DNA of 32,000 nucleotides, taken from contig OY969938.1 in NCBI GenBank assembly GCA_963704755.1, positions 2,070,001 to 2,102,000 of the forward strand. The letters run 5' to 3'. A model generated the notes under the pieces. That model was given only the letters and a program-made list of their open reading frames with translations. It had not been told where the DNA came from and searched no databases. A program made the position numbers and the translations under genes. Position 1 is the stretch's first letter. Each line of letters begins with the position of its first letter. This DNA is from an uncultured Chloroflexia bacterium (lineage in GTDB: Bacteria > Chloroflexota > Anaerolineae > Anaerolineales > Anaerolineaceae). Positions 1-8,296 of this stretch are shown one piece after another.

Positions 1-104
1 TCACCAACTCGTTCTACACCCACTACCAACCCTGGCAGGCCGTGTACGATTACGGTCCCGGCACCGATCTGCCCAAAGGGGCCAAAACGGATAACGGGAA
101 TTAA
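1..104 (+). CDS. 3' end of an unidentified CDS (start lies left of the window)
   Basis: Frame 3 is open from the window edge to TAA at 102-104 (..TNSFYTHYQPWQAVYDYGPGTDLPKGAKTDNGN*). Two strong hairpins follow. Too short for a family call. Confidence 0.35.
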   Translation, partial: TNSFYTHYQPWQAVYDYGPGTDLPKGAKTDNGN

Positions 105-114
105 AGAAAAACCA

Positions 115-183
115 GAGAATAGAGAAAAGAAAACAGAGATTGGTAAAGTATTTACCAATCTCTGTTTTCTTTTCTCTATTCTC
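115..183. terminator. 33-bp perfect hairpin (loop GTA); putative terminator or palindromic element
   Basis: 115-147 gagaatagagaaaagaaaacagagattggtaaa is the exact reverse complement of 151-183. It lies 10 nt after the stop codon. Confidence 0.5.
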
Positions 184-192
184 ATCCTAAAC

Positions 193-235
193 AGAAACAA
201 CTCCAGCCTTATCCCGAAGTGCTGGAGTTGTTTCT
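193..235. terminator. Second hairpin, 15-bp perfect stem with 13-nt loop
   Basis: 193-207 agaaacaactccagc pairs perfectly with 221-235 gctggagttgtttct. Confidence 0.4.
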
Positions 236-396
236 ACTGTAGGGTCCCCTCAAATGTGACCACAGCGTGAAATATCAGTCGACAATGAATTTTCTTCGAG
301 GGAAAAATACCTCACATGAAAATATCTTTTATAATATACTTAAAATATACTCCGAGTGGTATGTAGCATCACTCCGAATTCGCTCTGGACAAGCGC

Positions 397-1596
397 ATGC
401 CGATGAGAACCTCCGCCGAATCTAAACTTAGTGAGATTTTACTCAAAGCAGTCAACCGGATTGCTTTTCTGGAAAACAAAAACAAACAAATCGTATACGA
501 CGAACTCGGCTACGCAATCGGTCGCCAGGGCGGCAGCGCAGTGCAATATTGGGTATACCACAAGAAAATCCCTGCCCGCCTGGACGATATCGAAAACCTG
601 GCCCGCGCGATTGCCCGCCAAAACGGCTGGGAAAACGAAAACGACCTGATCACTTTCCTGGACCAGGCCAATTACCCATCCCCCGAATTCCTGGTGCAAG
701 AAATCCTGCCGGTAAGTTCAGCTCAAACGGCCAACCAGGCCGCCCAGGGGACAAACGGCCGCCCTCCGGCCGCCTTTATCGTGGGCTCCCCCATTCTCGA
801 ACCGCGCCTGTTTTTCGGGCGCAACCATGAACTGCGCCATATCTTCGACGCCATCCGCTCCCAAAACATGCAGAGCGTGGCCCTTTATGGACTCAACCAC
901 AGCGGCAAAACCTCGCTGTTGAATTACCTGCACAAAATCACCCGGGTTTCCCCACGGATCTTGCGCACAGGGCAATACGCCGACTGGCTCCAGCAGCCCC
1001 TGGCCTACCGCTGGGCCTATCTCGATTTCCAGGACCCGCGTATCCAGACCATACCCGGGCTCTTGAATGCCCTGCTGCGCCAGCTCAACTTTCCGCTGAC
1101 CGGCTCAACCGAGCTGGATGCATACATCGATGTCATTTGCCGCTACCTGACCAACCCGACCGTCGTTTTGTTGGACGAATTTCAACTGGCTTTGCAAAAT
1201 CCGGCCCTGAACCGGTCCTTCTGGCAGGCCCTGCAATCCCTGGCCAGCCACCTCTCCGATGGGAAGCTCTCGTTCATCATCGCCACATCCAGCCCGTTGA
1301 ACGGTTGGCTGGCCGACGACCTGGCGGCAGCCTCGTTCCTGTCGATTTTCGGCCGCCAGTTGACCCTGGGCCCGCTCACCGAAAACGAAGCACTTGAACT
1401 GATTCATTCGAGCCCCCGGCCTTTTAGCGCAGAAGATAGCCAATGGATCTTCACCCATAGCGGCGGCTGGCCAGCTAAATTGCAAGTATTGTGCAACGCC
1501 TGCCTGATGGCCCAGGAAGAAAACCAGGCCAGGAAAGTCTGGCAGGAAGAAGCCCTGCAAGGCCTGTCATTCTATCGCTCTCTGCTGGACAGTTAA
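397..1596 (+). CDS. HTH-like N-terminal domain fused to a P-loop NTPase (AAA_16 / STAND-like ATPase)
   Basis: 399-aa ORF. Walker A-like GLNHSGKTSLLNYL is preceded by FFGRNHELRHIFDAI. Walker B-like VVLLDEFQ is present. A C-terminal GGWPAKLQVLCNAC resembles the GxP motif of NB-ARC/STAND proteins. The N-terminal ~100 aa look like an XRE-type HTH. No SD before the ATG; the upstream region is AT-rich. Confidence 0.7.
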   Translation: MPMRTSAESKLSEILLKAVNRIAFLENKNKQIVYDELGYAIGRQGGSAVQYWVYHKKIPARLDDIENLARAIARQNGWENENDLITFLDQANYPSPEFLVQEILPVSSAQTANQAAQGTNGRPPAAFIVGSPILEPRLFFGRNHELRHIFDAIRSQNMQSVALYGLNHSGKTSLLNYLHKITRVSPRILRTGQYADWLQQPLAYRWAYLDFQDPRIQTIPGLLNALLRQLNFPLTGSTELDAYIDVICRYLTNPTVVLLDEFQLALQNPALNRSFWQALQSLASHLSDGKLSFIIATSSPLNGWLADDLAAASFLSIFGRQLTLGPLTENEALELIHSSPRPFSAEDSQWIFTHSGGWPAKLQVLCNACLMAQEENQARKVWQEEALQGLSFYRSLLDS

Positions 1597-1609
1597 AAAA
1601 TCCGGCTCC

Positions 1610-2299
1610 TTACAACCAGTTCTCGCCATCGTTTTCTCGCGGCCAATCCTCTGCCGACCAGCCATATTGCCCGCGTAAGGGCACAAAACTGACCGGCGAG
1701 ATGCTCTCGAAATCCAGCCGCTCCCCCTCCCGGCTCCAGACTTGCAGCTCCTGGCCTTTTTTACCGCCGGCCGGCAGCACCAGGCGCCCGCCTTGCCCGA
1801 GCTGCGCCAACAACGGCGCCGGCGGCTGGGATGCCGCCGCGGTGATCAGAATAGCGGGATATGGTGCGTATTGTGGCCACCCCAACGAACCGTCCCCATA
1901 GTACACGCTGACGTTGCCATAGCCCAGCCGGCGCAGATTCTCGTCCGCATAGCGCACCAGCGCCGCTTGCAGCTCGATCGAAATCACCCGGGCCGCCAGT
2001 TGTCCTAGAATCGCCGCCTGGTAGCCCGAGCCGGCCCCCACCTCCAGCACTGTCTCGTCACCCTTGAGCTGCAGCAGCGAAGTCATCAGCGCCACGATAA
2101 ACGGCTGCGAAATCGTCTGGCCCATACCAATCGGCAGTGGGCGGTCTTCGTAAGCCATGTCGCGGTATTCGGGCGGCACAAACTCGTGACGCGGCACCCT
2201 CCGGAAAGCTCCTAACAGGCGCGGCTGCCGTAGTCCGCGCCGCTCGATCTGATCGCGGACCATTTCCTCTCGTTGCGAGCGATTTGGATCCGTATTCAT
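1610..2299 (-). CDS. pcm: protein-L-isoaspartate O-methyltransferase
   Basis: 229 aa with GQTISQPFIVALM and the SAM-binding VLEVGAGSGYQAAIL motif typical of PCMT. It lies 10 nt downstream of mutY. Confidence 0.93.
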   Translation of the reverse strand: MNTDPNRSQREEMVRDQIERRGLRQPRLLGAFRRVPRHEFVPPEYRDMAYEDRPLPIGMGQTISQPFIVALMTSLLQLKGDETVLEVGAGSGYQAAILGQLAARVISIELQAALVRYADENLRRLGYGNVSVYYGDGSLGWPQYAPYPAILITAAASQPPAPLLAQLGQGGRLVLPAGGKKGQELQVWSREGERLDFESISPVSFVPLRGQYGWSAEDWPRENDGENWL

Positions 2300-2309
2300 C
2301 GCCGTTCTC

Positions 2310-3371
2310 CTACTCGCTGACCAGGCGTAACGAAATCTGCCGGTCGATCTTCCCCATCGGGTAATCTCGCAGCTCGCCCAGGCTTACCCAGCGCCAGTCG
2401 GCCACCTGGATGGCGCGCGGCTCCCCGCTGACCAGGCTGCATTCGAACGCGTGCAGGGTGACCTTGAAATGGGTGTACGCATGCCGATATATCCCCAAAC
2501 CCGGCCCAACCTGGATCTGTACCCCCAGTTCCTCGTCGATCTCCCGCGCCAGGCAGTCCGGCAGTTCTTCACCCGGCTCTTGTTTCCCGCCGGGGAATTC
2601 CCACAACCCGCCTAACAGCCCGTTTTCCGGCCGGCGCGAGATTAACACTTTGCCGTCCTGGCGGATCACCGCCGCGGTGACGATGTAGTGCGGCACCGGC
2701 GGCCGCCGCTCCAGCACCGGCCGCTGCTCCTGGATGCCCAGGGCAAATGCCTTGCAGATTTCTGCCAGCGGGCAGGCCGCACAGTTCGGGTCCCGCGGGG
2801 TACATATGGTCGCTCCCAGGTCCATCAGGGCCTGGTTGTAATCTCCCGCCCGGCCGGGTGGCAGGTGGATCGCCAGCAGCTCTTCCAGGCGCTGTTCCCC
2901 CTGGGGCGAGCGGGCCGGCAGGCCCATATCGAACACCCGCGCAATCACCCGGCGCAGGTTGCCATCCAGGGCCAGGGTATCTCGCCCAAACGCCATGGAT
3001 GCAATCGCCCCGGCCGTATAACGCCCGATCCCCGGCAGCTTTTGCAGTGCGCTCAACTCATCCGGCAAAGCCCCGCCGTGACGCGCCATCACCAGTTGGG
3101 CGGCCTTGTGCAGGTTACGGGCCCGGCTGTAATAGCCCAGGCCCTCCCAGGTTTGCAAAACATCTTGCTCGCTGGCCTCTGCCAGCGCTTTGATGCTGGG
3201 GAAGCGCACCATCCAGCGCTGAAAATAAGGCATCACCGTATCCACCCGGGTTTGCTGGAGCATAATTTCAGAAACCCAAACTGCGTAGGGGTCGGGGTGA
3301 TCGCGCCAGGGCAATTTGCGCGCGTTTTGAGCGTACCAATCTAACATCCGGCGGGTAAAGTCAGAAATCAT
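2310..3371 (-). CDS. mutY: A/G-specific adenine DNA glycosylase
   Basis: 353 aa. Contains LPWRDHPDPYAVWVSEIMLQQTRV, an HhH-GPD region, the Fe-S loop CTPRDPNCAACPLAEIC and a C-terminal NUDIX-like domain (GGLWEFPGGK). Confidence 0.93.
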   Translation of the reverse strand: MISDFTRRMLDWYAQNARKLPWRDHPDPYAVWVSEIMLQQTRVDTVMPYFQRWMVRFPSIKALAEASEQDVLQTWEGLGYYSRARNLHKAAQLVMARHGGALPDELSALQKLPGIGRYTAGAIASMAFGRDTLALDGNLRRVIARVFDMGLPARSPQGEQRLEELLAIHLPPGRAGDYNQALMDLGATICTPRDPNCAACPLAEICKAFALGIQEQRPVLERRPPVPHYIVTAAVIRQDGKVLISRRPENGLLGGLWEFPGGKQEPGEELPDCLAREIDEELGVQIQVGPGLGIYRHAYTHFKVTLHAFECSLVSGEPRAIQVADWRWVSLGELRDYPMGKIDRQISLRLVSE

Positions 3372-3416
3372 GGTCAGCTTTCCAAAGGTTCAACCACAAC
3401 AACCGGTCAAAGAAAT

Positions 3417-3460
3417 AAAAAAGAGGTGCCCAGGCGGGACAGAAGACCCCGGCGCACCTC
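3417..3460 (-). terminator. intrinsic terminator after the 100-aa gene
   Basis: Stem gaggtgc 3423-3429 pairs with gcacctc 3454-3460, with a GC-rich interior. The A-run 3417-3422 is a T-run on the minus strand. It lies 43 nt after the stop. Confidence 0.5.
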
Positions 3461-3502
3461 GCATGTCGATCCTCACCTGCCGGGATCGGGCCAATCATCA
3501 CT

Positions 3503-3805
3503 TTAAAACTGGAAACCCTTGCGTTCCTCGACAATCTTGAAGGTGTAATTCCTTACGAAATCCAAAAGTTGGTTGTTCAGGCTTTGCCACTCCGAGGATT
3601 CGAGGATCTGCTGGGCACGATTCGCCGAAGGCACCGTGGCCCCAACCAGGATTTGAGGTTGGTCACCAAAGACGGTCGCCCAGGCGTCGCTTAACTCAAA
3701 ACCTAACCGCTGTACGCCTGGAATAAACTCACGGACCACGAATTCGAAATATTCCTGCTCGCGGTCAGGGGTAATATCCCAGGACATCAGTATTTTAACG
3801 GACAC
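3503..3805 (-). CDS. hypothetical small protein (100 aa)
   Basis: ORF 11 nt downstream of the MBL-hydrolase gene, so probably in the same operon. Composition is coding-like and I recognise no family. Confidence 0.65.
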   Translation of the reverse strand: MSVKILMSWDITPDREQEYFEFVVREFIPGVQRLGFELSDAWATVFGDQPQILVGATVPSANRAQQILESSEWQSLNNQLLDFVRNYTFKIVEERKGFQF

Positions 3806-3816
3806 AATAAACTCCC

Positions 3817-4467
3817 CTAATCTCTTTCGTAATCGAGGACAACGACCTGTGACTCTTCCGGAAGGGCATTAACCGAGGTTATTTTGAGCGAAGGCTGGTT
3901 AACCACTCCGGTCAGTCCCATTTCTTTGAGGAATTTACTCAACGGGTCGAGCTCGATCGATGAATCGGGAGTCGCGTAGTGCATCGGCACCACCAGGTTT
4001 GGCTCCAGCAGGCTGATCACCTCAGCCGCCTTGGCAGCGTTGAGCCCCTCTCCGCCACCAATTGGGACCAAAACCACGTTGACCGGTCCGAGCGATTCGA
4101 CTTCGGTTTGGGTAGGTACCCGGTCGATTGCGCCCAGGTGCAGGACGTTCACCCCGTTATATTCAATCAAATAGATGGTATTGCGCGGCTTTTCCGGGTC
4201 ATTGCGAGCATGCCCATTCGTTTGTACACCGGTAATAAAAACGCCGCCTATCTCGTATTCACCCGGCCCGCCAATCCGGTAAGGATCGCCTTTTACTGCA
4301 GACACAAAATCGTGTCCGGGAGCCGTATGGCTGACGGTGACAATATCGGCTTTTAATTTGAGCGCCGAATAACCTACGGCACGGGGATCATAAGGATCGG
4401 TGACGACAGTAGCCAGGTTTCGTTCTGTGATGCGAAAGCAAGAATGCCCATACCATGTAATTTCCAT
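3817..4467 (-). CDS. MBL-fold metallo-hydrolase (UPF0173-like)
   Basis: 216 aa starting MEITWYGHSCFRI, with VSHTAPGHD. GGAGG lies upstream of the start on the minus strand. Confidence 0.85.
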   Translation of the reverse strand: MEITWYGHSCFRITERNLATVVTDPYDPRAVGYSALKLKADIVTVSHTAPGHDFVSAVKGDPYRIGGPGEYEIGGVFITGVQTNGHARNDPEKPRNTIYLIEYNGVNVLHLGAIDRVPTQTEVESLGPVNVVLVPIGGGEGLNAAKAAEVISLLEPNLVVPMHYATPDSSIELDPLSKFLKEMGLTGVVNQPSLKITSVNALPEESQVVVLDYERD

Positions 4468-4517
4468 GCAGCCTCCATAAACTGGTATTGATTATACATT
4501 GAAAGTTCGAGAAATGC

Positions 4518-4546
4518 TTGACTCCCCCGCCAACTTCTGATAAACT
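4518..4546 (+). promoter_or_regulatory. putative sigma-70 promoter P1 of the tRNA-tuf operon
   Basis: TTGACT (4518-4523), 17-nt spacer, TAAACT (4541-4546). Confidence 0.4.
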
Positions 4547-4584
4547 CGGCGTTCGCAGCCTGAATTGTAATTTATTCGTATACC

Positions 4585-4613
4585 TTGTCGCGAAAATAAG
4601 GCTCTGGTATAAT
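4585..4613 (+). promoter_or_regulatory. putative sigma-70 promoter P2 (extended -10) of the tRNA-tuf operon
   Basis: TTGTCG (4585-4590), 17-nt spacer ending in TGg, TATAAT (4608-4613). It lies ~34 nt upstream of tRNA-Thr. Confidence 0.55.
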
Positions 4614-4646
4614 CTAGGCCGCTATTCTTGTGCCTTAACAATTCAG

Positions 4647-4719
4647 GCCGACGTAGCTCAATCGGCAGAGCAACCGCCTTGTAAGTGGTAGGTTACGGGT
4701 TCGATTCCCGTCGTCGGCT
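4647..4719 (+). tRNA. tRNA-Thr (anticodon TGT)
   Basis: Acceptor gccgacg/cgtcggc, TAGCTCAATCGGCAGAGC D-arm, anticodon loop ctTGTaa, GGTTCGATTCC T-arm; 73 nt. Confidence 0.9.
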
Positions 4720-4801
4720 CAAGTTGCCGGTTGGCAAGTGAGATTGGTCGTAAAATTATAGCGAGCGACCTCACCTGCGAGCCAGTAACGGCTCGGGGCA
4801 T

Positions 4802-4884
4802 GGGCAGTTACCCAAGTGGCCAAAGGGGGCTGACTGTAAATCAGCTGTCGAACGACTTCGGAGGTTCGAATCCTTCACTGCCCA
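4802..4884 (+). tRNA. tRNA-Tyr (anticodon GTA)
   Basis: Acceptor gggcagt/actgccc, anticodon loop ctGTAaa, long variable arm, GGTTCGAATCC T-arm; 83 nt. Confidence 0.9.
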
Positions 4885-4944
4885 CCTGGTCGTATGACCG
4901 AGAATCCCCCGATTTCGGTGGGGGGAATTTCTGGAGAACGGCAA

Positions 4945-5017
4945 GCCCTCATAGCTCAGTTGGTAGAGCGCGCCCTTGGTAAGGGCGAGGTCATGGGTCC
5001 AAATCCCATTGAGGGCT
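4945..5017 (+). tRNA. tRNA-Thr (anticodon GGT)
   Basis: Acceptor gccctca/tgagggc, TAGCTCAGTTGGTAGAGC D-arm, anticodon loop ctTGGTaa read as GGT, GGGTCCAAATCCC T-arm; 73 nt. Confidence 0.9.
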
Positions 5018-5075
5018 CTTTTTGCCGGTTGTCCCAGGACCCTTCAGTTTTATAGAGGAGCCAAGGAGTAAAAAC

Positions 5076-6278
5076 ATGGCGAAGCAAAAGTATGAGCGCA
5101 CGAAGCCGCATCTGAACGTAGGCACGATGGGTCACATCGACCATGGTAAAACGACCCTGACGGCCGCCATCACCAAATATTGCAGTTTCCTGGGCGGAGC
5201 GGAATACCGGGCATATGACCAGATCGACAATGCGCCGGAAGAAAAAGCACGCGGGATCACGATCAACATTGCCCACGTGGAATACGAAACCGCGAACCGG
5301 CACTATGCCCACGTGGACATGCCGGGTCACCGTGACTACATCAAGAACATGATCACCGGCGCGGCCCAGGTGGATGGAGCTATCCTGGTGGTAGCTGCTC
5401 CCGACGGCCCCATGCCGCAGACCCGCGAGCACGTTCTGCTGGCCTACCAGGTGGAAGTGCCGAGCATCGTGGTCTTCTTGAACAAGATCGACCAGATGGA
5501 CGATCCGGAACTGCTGGAACTGGTCGAGATGGAACTGCGCGAGATGCTCACCGAGTACAAATTCCCCGGTGATGAAATTCCGATCGTGCGCGGCAGTGCG
5601 TTGAAGGCCCTGGAGAGCACCTCCACCGACCCGAACGCTCCCGAATACGCCTGCATCAAAGAGCTGATGGAAGTAGTCGATACCTACATTCCCCAGCCGG
5701 TCCGCGAGACCGACAAGCCCTTCATGATGCCGATCGAAGACGTGTTCTCGATCAAAGGCCGCGGCACCGTGGTGACCGGCCGTGTCGATCGTGGCAAGGT
5801 CAAAGTTGGCGAACCGGTCGAGATCATCGGCTTGAAAGAAAAGACCATGAACTCGGTAGTCACCGGTGTGGAAATGTTCCACAAGCTGCTGGATGAAGGT
5901 ATGGCCGGTGATAACCTGGGCTTGCTGCTGCGCGGTATTGAACGCACCGACGTGGAGCGCGGCCAGGTAGTAGCCAAGCCCGGCAGCATCACCCCCCACC
6001 GTAACTTCATGGCCCGGGTGTACGTGTTGAAACGCGAAGAGGGTGGCCGTCACAAGCCCTTCTTCACGGGCTATCGCCCACAGTTCTACATCCGCACCAT
6101 GGATGTAACCGGCAACATCAAACTGCCCGAAGGCGTTGAAATGGTTATGCCCGGCGATAATGTCGATATGGAAGTGGATCTGATCGTACCGGTTGCGCTC
6201 GAGCAGGGCTCCAAATTCGCCATTCGCGAAGGCGGCCTGACCGTTGGCGCCGGTGTCATCACCAAGATTCTGGACTAA
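5076..6278 (+). CDS. tuf: elongation factor Tu
   Basis: [26 protein letters not shown]..; 400 aa. AAGGAG at 5064-5069 precedes the ATG at 5076. The track ORF start at 5022 is an upstream extension. Confidence 0.97.
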   Translation: MAKQKYERTKPHLNVGTMGHIDHGKTTLTAAITKYCSFLGGAEYRAYDQIDNAPEEKARGITINIAHVEYETANRHYAHVDMPGHRDYIKNMITGAAQVDGAILVVAAPDGPMPQTREHVLLAYQVEVPSIVVFLNKIDQMDDPELLELVEMELREMLTEYKFPGDEIPIVRGSALKALESTSTDPNAPEYACIKELMEVVDTYIPQPVRETDKPFMMPIEDVFSIKGRGTVVTGRVDRGKVKVGEPVEIIGLKEKTMNSVVTGVEMFHKLLDEGMAGDNLGLLLRGIERTDVERGQVVAKPGSITPHRNFMARVYVLKREEGGRHKPFFTGYRPQFYIRTMDVTGNIKLPEGVEMVMPGDNVDMEVDLIVPVALEQGSKFAIREGGLTVGAGVITKILD

Positions 6279-6313
6279 AGGAGCGTTGGCCCTGAGGGGC
6301 CACAAATGCAGGT

Positions 6314-6484
6314 ATGGCATCTAAAAAGAAAGATATTCGTCCCGTAATCACTCTGGCCTGCTCCGAATGCAAGGAACGTAATTACACGACTGAAAAGAAC
6401 CGCCGGAACGACCCAGGAAGAATGGAATTAAACAAGTACTGCCCGCGCTGCCGCAAACATACGGCTCACCGCGAGACCAAGTAA
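6314..6484 (+). CDS. rpmG: 50S ribosomal protein L33
   Basis: Hand translation gives [56 protein letters not shown] (56 aa, below the ORF-track cutoff). Two CxxC pairs and the tuf-rpmG-tRNA-Trp-secE context support the call. Confidence 0.85.
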   Translation: MASKKKDIRPVITLACSECKERNYTTEKNRRNDPGRMELNKYCPRCRKHTAHRETK

Positions 6485-6536
6485 GGTATAATAACAATGA
6501 GGGTCGGGGTAAACCAGCCCGGCCCTCATGTTGCAA

Positions 6537-6609
6537 AGGCCAGTAGCTCAATTGGCAGAGCGCCTGTCTCCAAAACAGGAGGTTGTGGGTTCGATTCCTG
6601 CCTGGCCTG
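6537..6609 (+). tRNA. tRNA-Trp (anticodon CCA)
   Basis: Acceptor aggccag/ctggcct, anticodon loop ctCCAaa, GGTTCGATTCC T-arm; 73 nt. Confidence 0.9.
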
Positions 6610-6692
6610 CCTCAAGCAAGGCAACGCCGTCTTCACCCGTTTATAAACTCCCGCGTGAGGCGGCGTTTTAGCCTGAAATCAAGGAGAAATGA

Positions 6693-6923
6693 GTGGCAGA
6701 GAGAACCGCGAAATCAAAGCAAGGCGAAAGACCCAAACAACCCGGTCGCATTGCCCGCTGGTGGCGTGAGACAATCGGTGAGTTGCACAAGGTCTCTTGG
6801 CCTACCGTTGAAGAAGCAAGACGATTGACCGGCATTGTCTTGATCGTCATGGCTGCGATGGCAATCGTCCTGGGCGCATTGGACCTCGGCTTCTCGTTTC
6901 TGGTTGGTCTGATACTAGGATAA
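6693..6923 (+). CDS. secE: preprotein translocase subunit SecE
   Basis: 76 aa with a GTG start 7 nt after AAGGAG (6681-6686). Contains ELHKVSWPT and one C-terminal TM helix, and lies directly upstream of nusG. Confidence 0.85.
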   Translation: MAERTAKSKQGERPKQPGRIARWWRETIGELHKVSWPTVEEARRLTGIVLIVMAAMAIVLGALDLGFSFLVGLILG

Positions 6924-6963
6924 TTGCTGCGAGTTGGCAGTTAATTAAGGAGCTATTACAAAT

Positions 6964-7638
6964 ATGGATGCGTTTGACGATTCAAAGGACAAAGAGGAAG
7001 AGATCCTCCGGCCCAAGCCCGAATCCACTCGGAGTTCTGGGTTTAGCAACGCATCCCGTGATAGCGGCCAGATTGAGGCTGAAGAAGCTCCTCATTTCGA
7101 TCCCAGTCTGGGGGATATGCGGGCCTGGTACGTGGTGCACTGCTATTCGGGTTACGAGAATAAAGTCCGCCACAACCTGGAACAGCGTATCGACAGCATG
7201 GGCATGAAAGAAAAAATCTTCGACGTGGTCATCCCTACCCAGGAAGAGATCGAGGTCAAGGATGGCAAACGCCGGACGGTTGAACGCCATGTATTCCCCG
7301 GTTACGTCCTGGTCAACATGATCATGACCGAAGAATCCTGGTACGTGGTGCGCAATACCCCCGGTGTAACCGGGTTCGTTGGCATGGGCAACCAGCCAAC
7401 CCCCCTGCGCCCGGAAGAAGTATCCCAAATCCTCCGGCGGATGGAAGCCGAAGCCCCCCATGTCAAGGTCTCTTACAAAGAGGGCGAGCGTGTACGAATT
7501 GTGGATGGGCCATTCAACGACTTCCGCGGTACCGTCGCCGAAATCGACCAGGAGCGCAACAAAGTGCGCGTCATGGTCAATTTCTTCGGTCGCGAAACCC
7601 CCGTGGAGCTGGACTTCTTGCAGGTAGAGAAGGCGTAA
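6964..7638 (+). CDS. nusG: transcription termination/antitermination factor NusG (with ~50-aa acidic N-terminal extension)
   Basis: 224 aa. NGN domain WYVVHCYSGYENKV, KOW region GERVRIVDGPFNDFRGTV, AAGGAG at 6947-6952. Confidence 0.95.
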   Translation: MDAFDDSKDKEEEILRPKPESTRSSGFSNASRDSGQIEAEEAPHFDPSLGDMRAWYVVHCYSGYENKVRHNLEQRIDSMGMKEKIFDVVIPTQEEIEVKDGKRRTVERHVFPGYVLVNMIMTEESWYVVRNTPGVTGFVGMGNQPTPLRPEEVSQILRRMEAEAPHVKVSYKEGERVRIVDGPFNDFRGTVAEIDQERNKVRVMVNFFGRETPVELDFLQVEKA

Positions 7639-7641
7639 GAG

Positions 7642-7761
7642 AGCTGATAGCTGTTAGCGCTTAGCTTATAGCTAAACCGGAGCGTCAGCTTGATAATATT
7701 AATAATAAAAGGTAAGTAGTGGCAGAAAAAGCTAAAAGCTAAGCGCTAACAGCTAAGCGCC
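7642..7761. repeat. heptamer (AGCKNWT) micro-repeats forming a 25-bp inverted repeat
   Basis: Five tandem heptamers (agctgat agctgtt agcgctt agcttat agctaaa) occupy 7642-7676. Five inverted heptamers occupy 7727-7761. 7649-7673 pairs with 7730-7754 at 24/25 positions around an AT-rich 56-nt loop. Confidence 0.7.
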
Positions 7762-7819
7762 ACATAAGCTGGGAGGGTGTCCCCCAAACCACCCGTTATC
7801 ACCACGAAGGAGTACAAAA

Positions 7820-8245
7820 GTGGCAAAAAAACTTAAAGCAGTCGTTCGTTTGCAACTCGTGGCCGGAAAGGCCAACCCGGCTCCCCCGGTAGGCCCTGCC
7901 CTGGCAGGTCACGGCATCAATATTATGGCCTTCTGCAAGGAATACAACGCCCGCACCCAGAACCGGGCCGGTGAAGTATTGCCTGCGGAAATTAGCGTTT
8001 TTTCTGATGGATCTTTCACCTTCATCCTCAAGTCGCCTCCGGCTTCCGTACTGCTCAAAAAAGCAGCCGGTGTGGAAAAAGGCTCGGCTATCCCCAACCG
8101 CACCAAGGTGGGCAAAGTCACCCGCTCCCAGGTTCGCGAGATCGCCGAGATCAAGATGAAAGATATGAACGCGGTGGATATCGAAGATGCCATGCGGCAG
8201 ATCGAAGGAACGGCCCTCAACATGGGCATCCAGGTAGTTGAGTAA
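7820..8245 (+). CDS. rplK: 50S ribosomal protein L11
   Basis: 141 aa, GTG start, GAAGGAG at 7806-7812, sequence [20 protein letters not shown]. Confidence 0.95.
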   Translation: MAKKLKAVVRLQLVAGKANPAPPVGPALAGHGINIMAFCKEYNARTQNRAGEVLPAEISVFSDGSFTFILKSPPASVLLKKAAGVEKGSAIPNRTKVGKVTRSQVREIAEIKMKDMNAVDIEDAMRQIEGTALNMGIQVVE

Positions 8246-8296
8246 ACCCCGTGGGAGGGCAACTCGCTTGCCCGTCTGAACCACAAAGGAGAAACA

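Noticed and set aside
4720-4801. A fourth tRNA (tRNA-Gly) expected by analogy with the E. coli thrU-tyrU-glyT-thrT-tufB cluster
   Set aside because: I could find no acceptor/T-arm pattern in this 82-nt spacer.
5022-5075. Upstream extension of the tuf ORF ([18 protein letters not shown])
   Set aside because: The canonical EF-Tu N-terminus [12 protein letters not shown] starts at 5076 with AAGGAG 7 nt upstream. The extension also overlaps the region next to the tRNA.
4956-6320. 454-aa ORF on the minus strand
   Set aside because: It lies exactly antisense to tuf, which is unmistakable on the plus strand. Its protein is low-complexity (H/G/V/D-rich), as expected for an antisense frame of a GC-rich gene.
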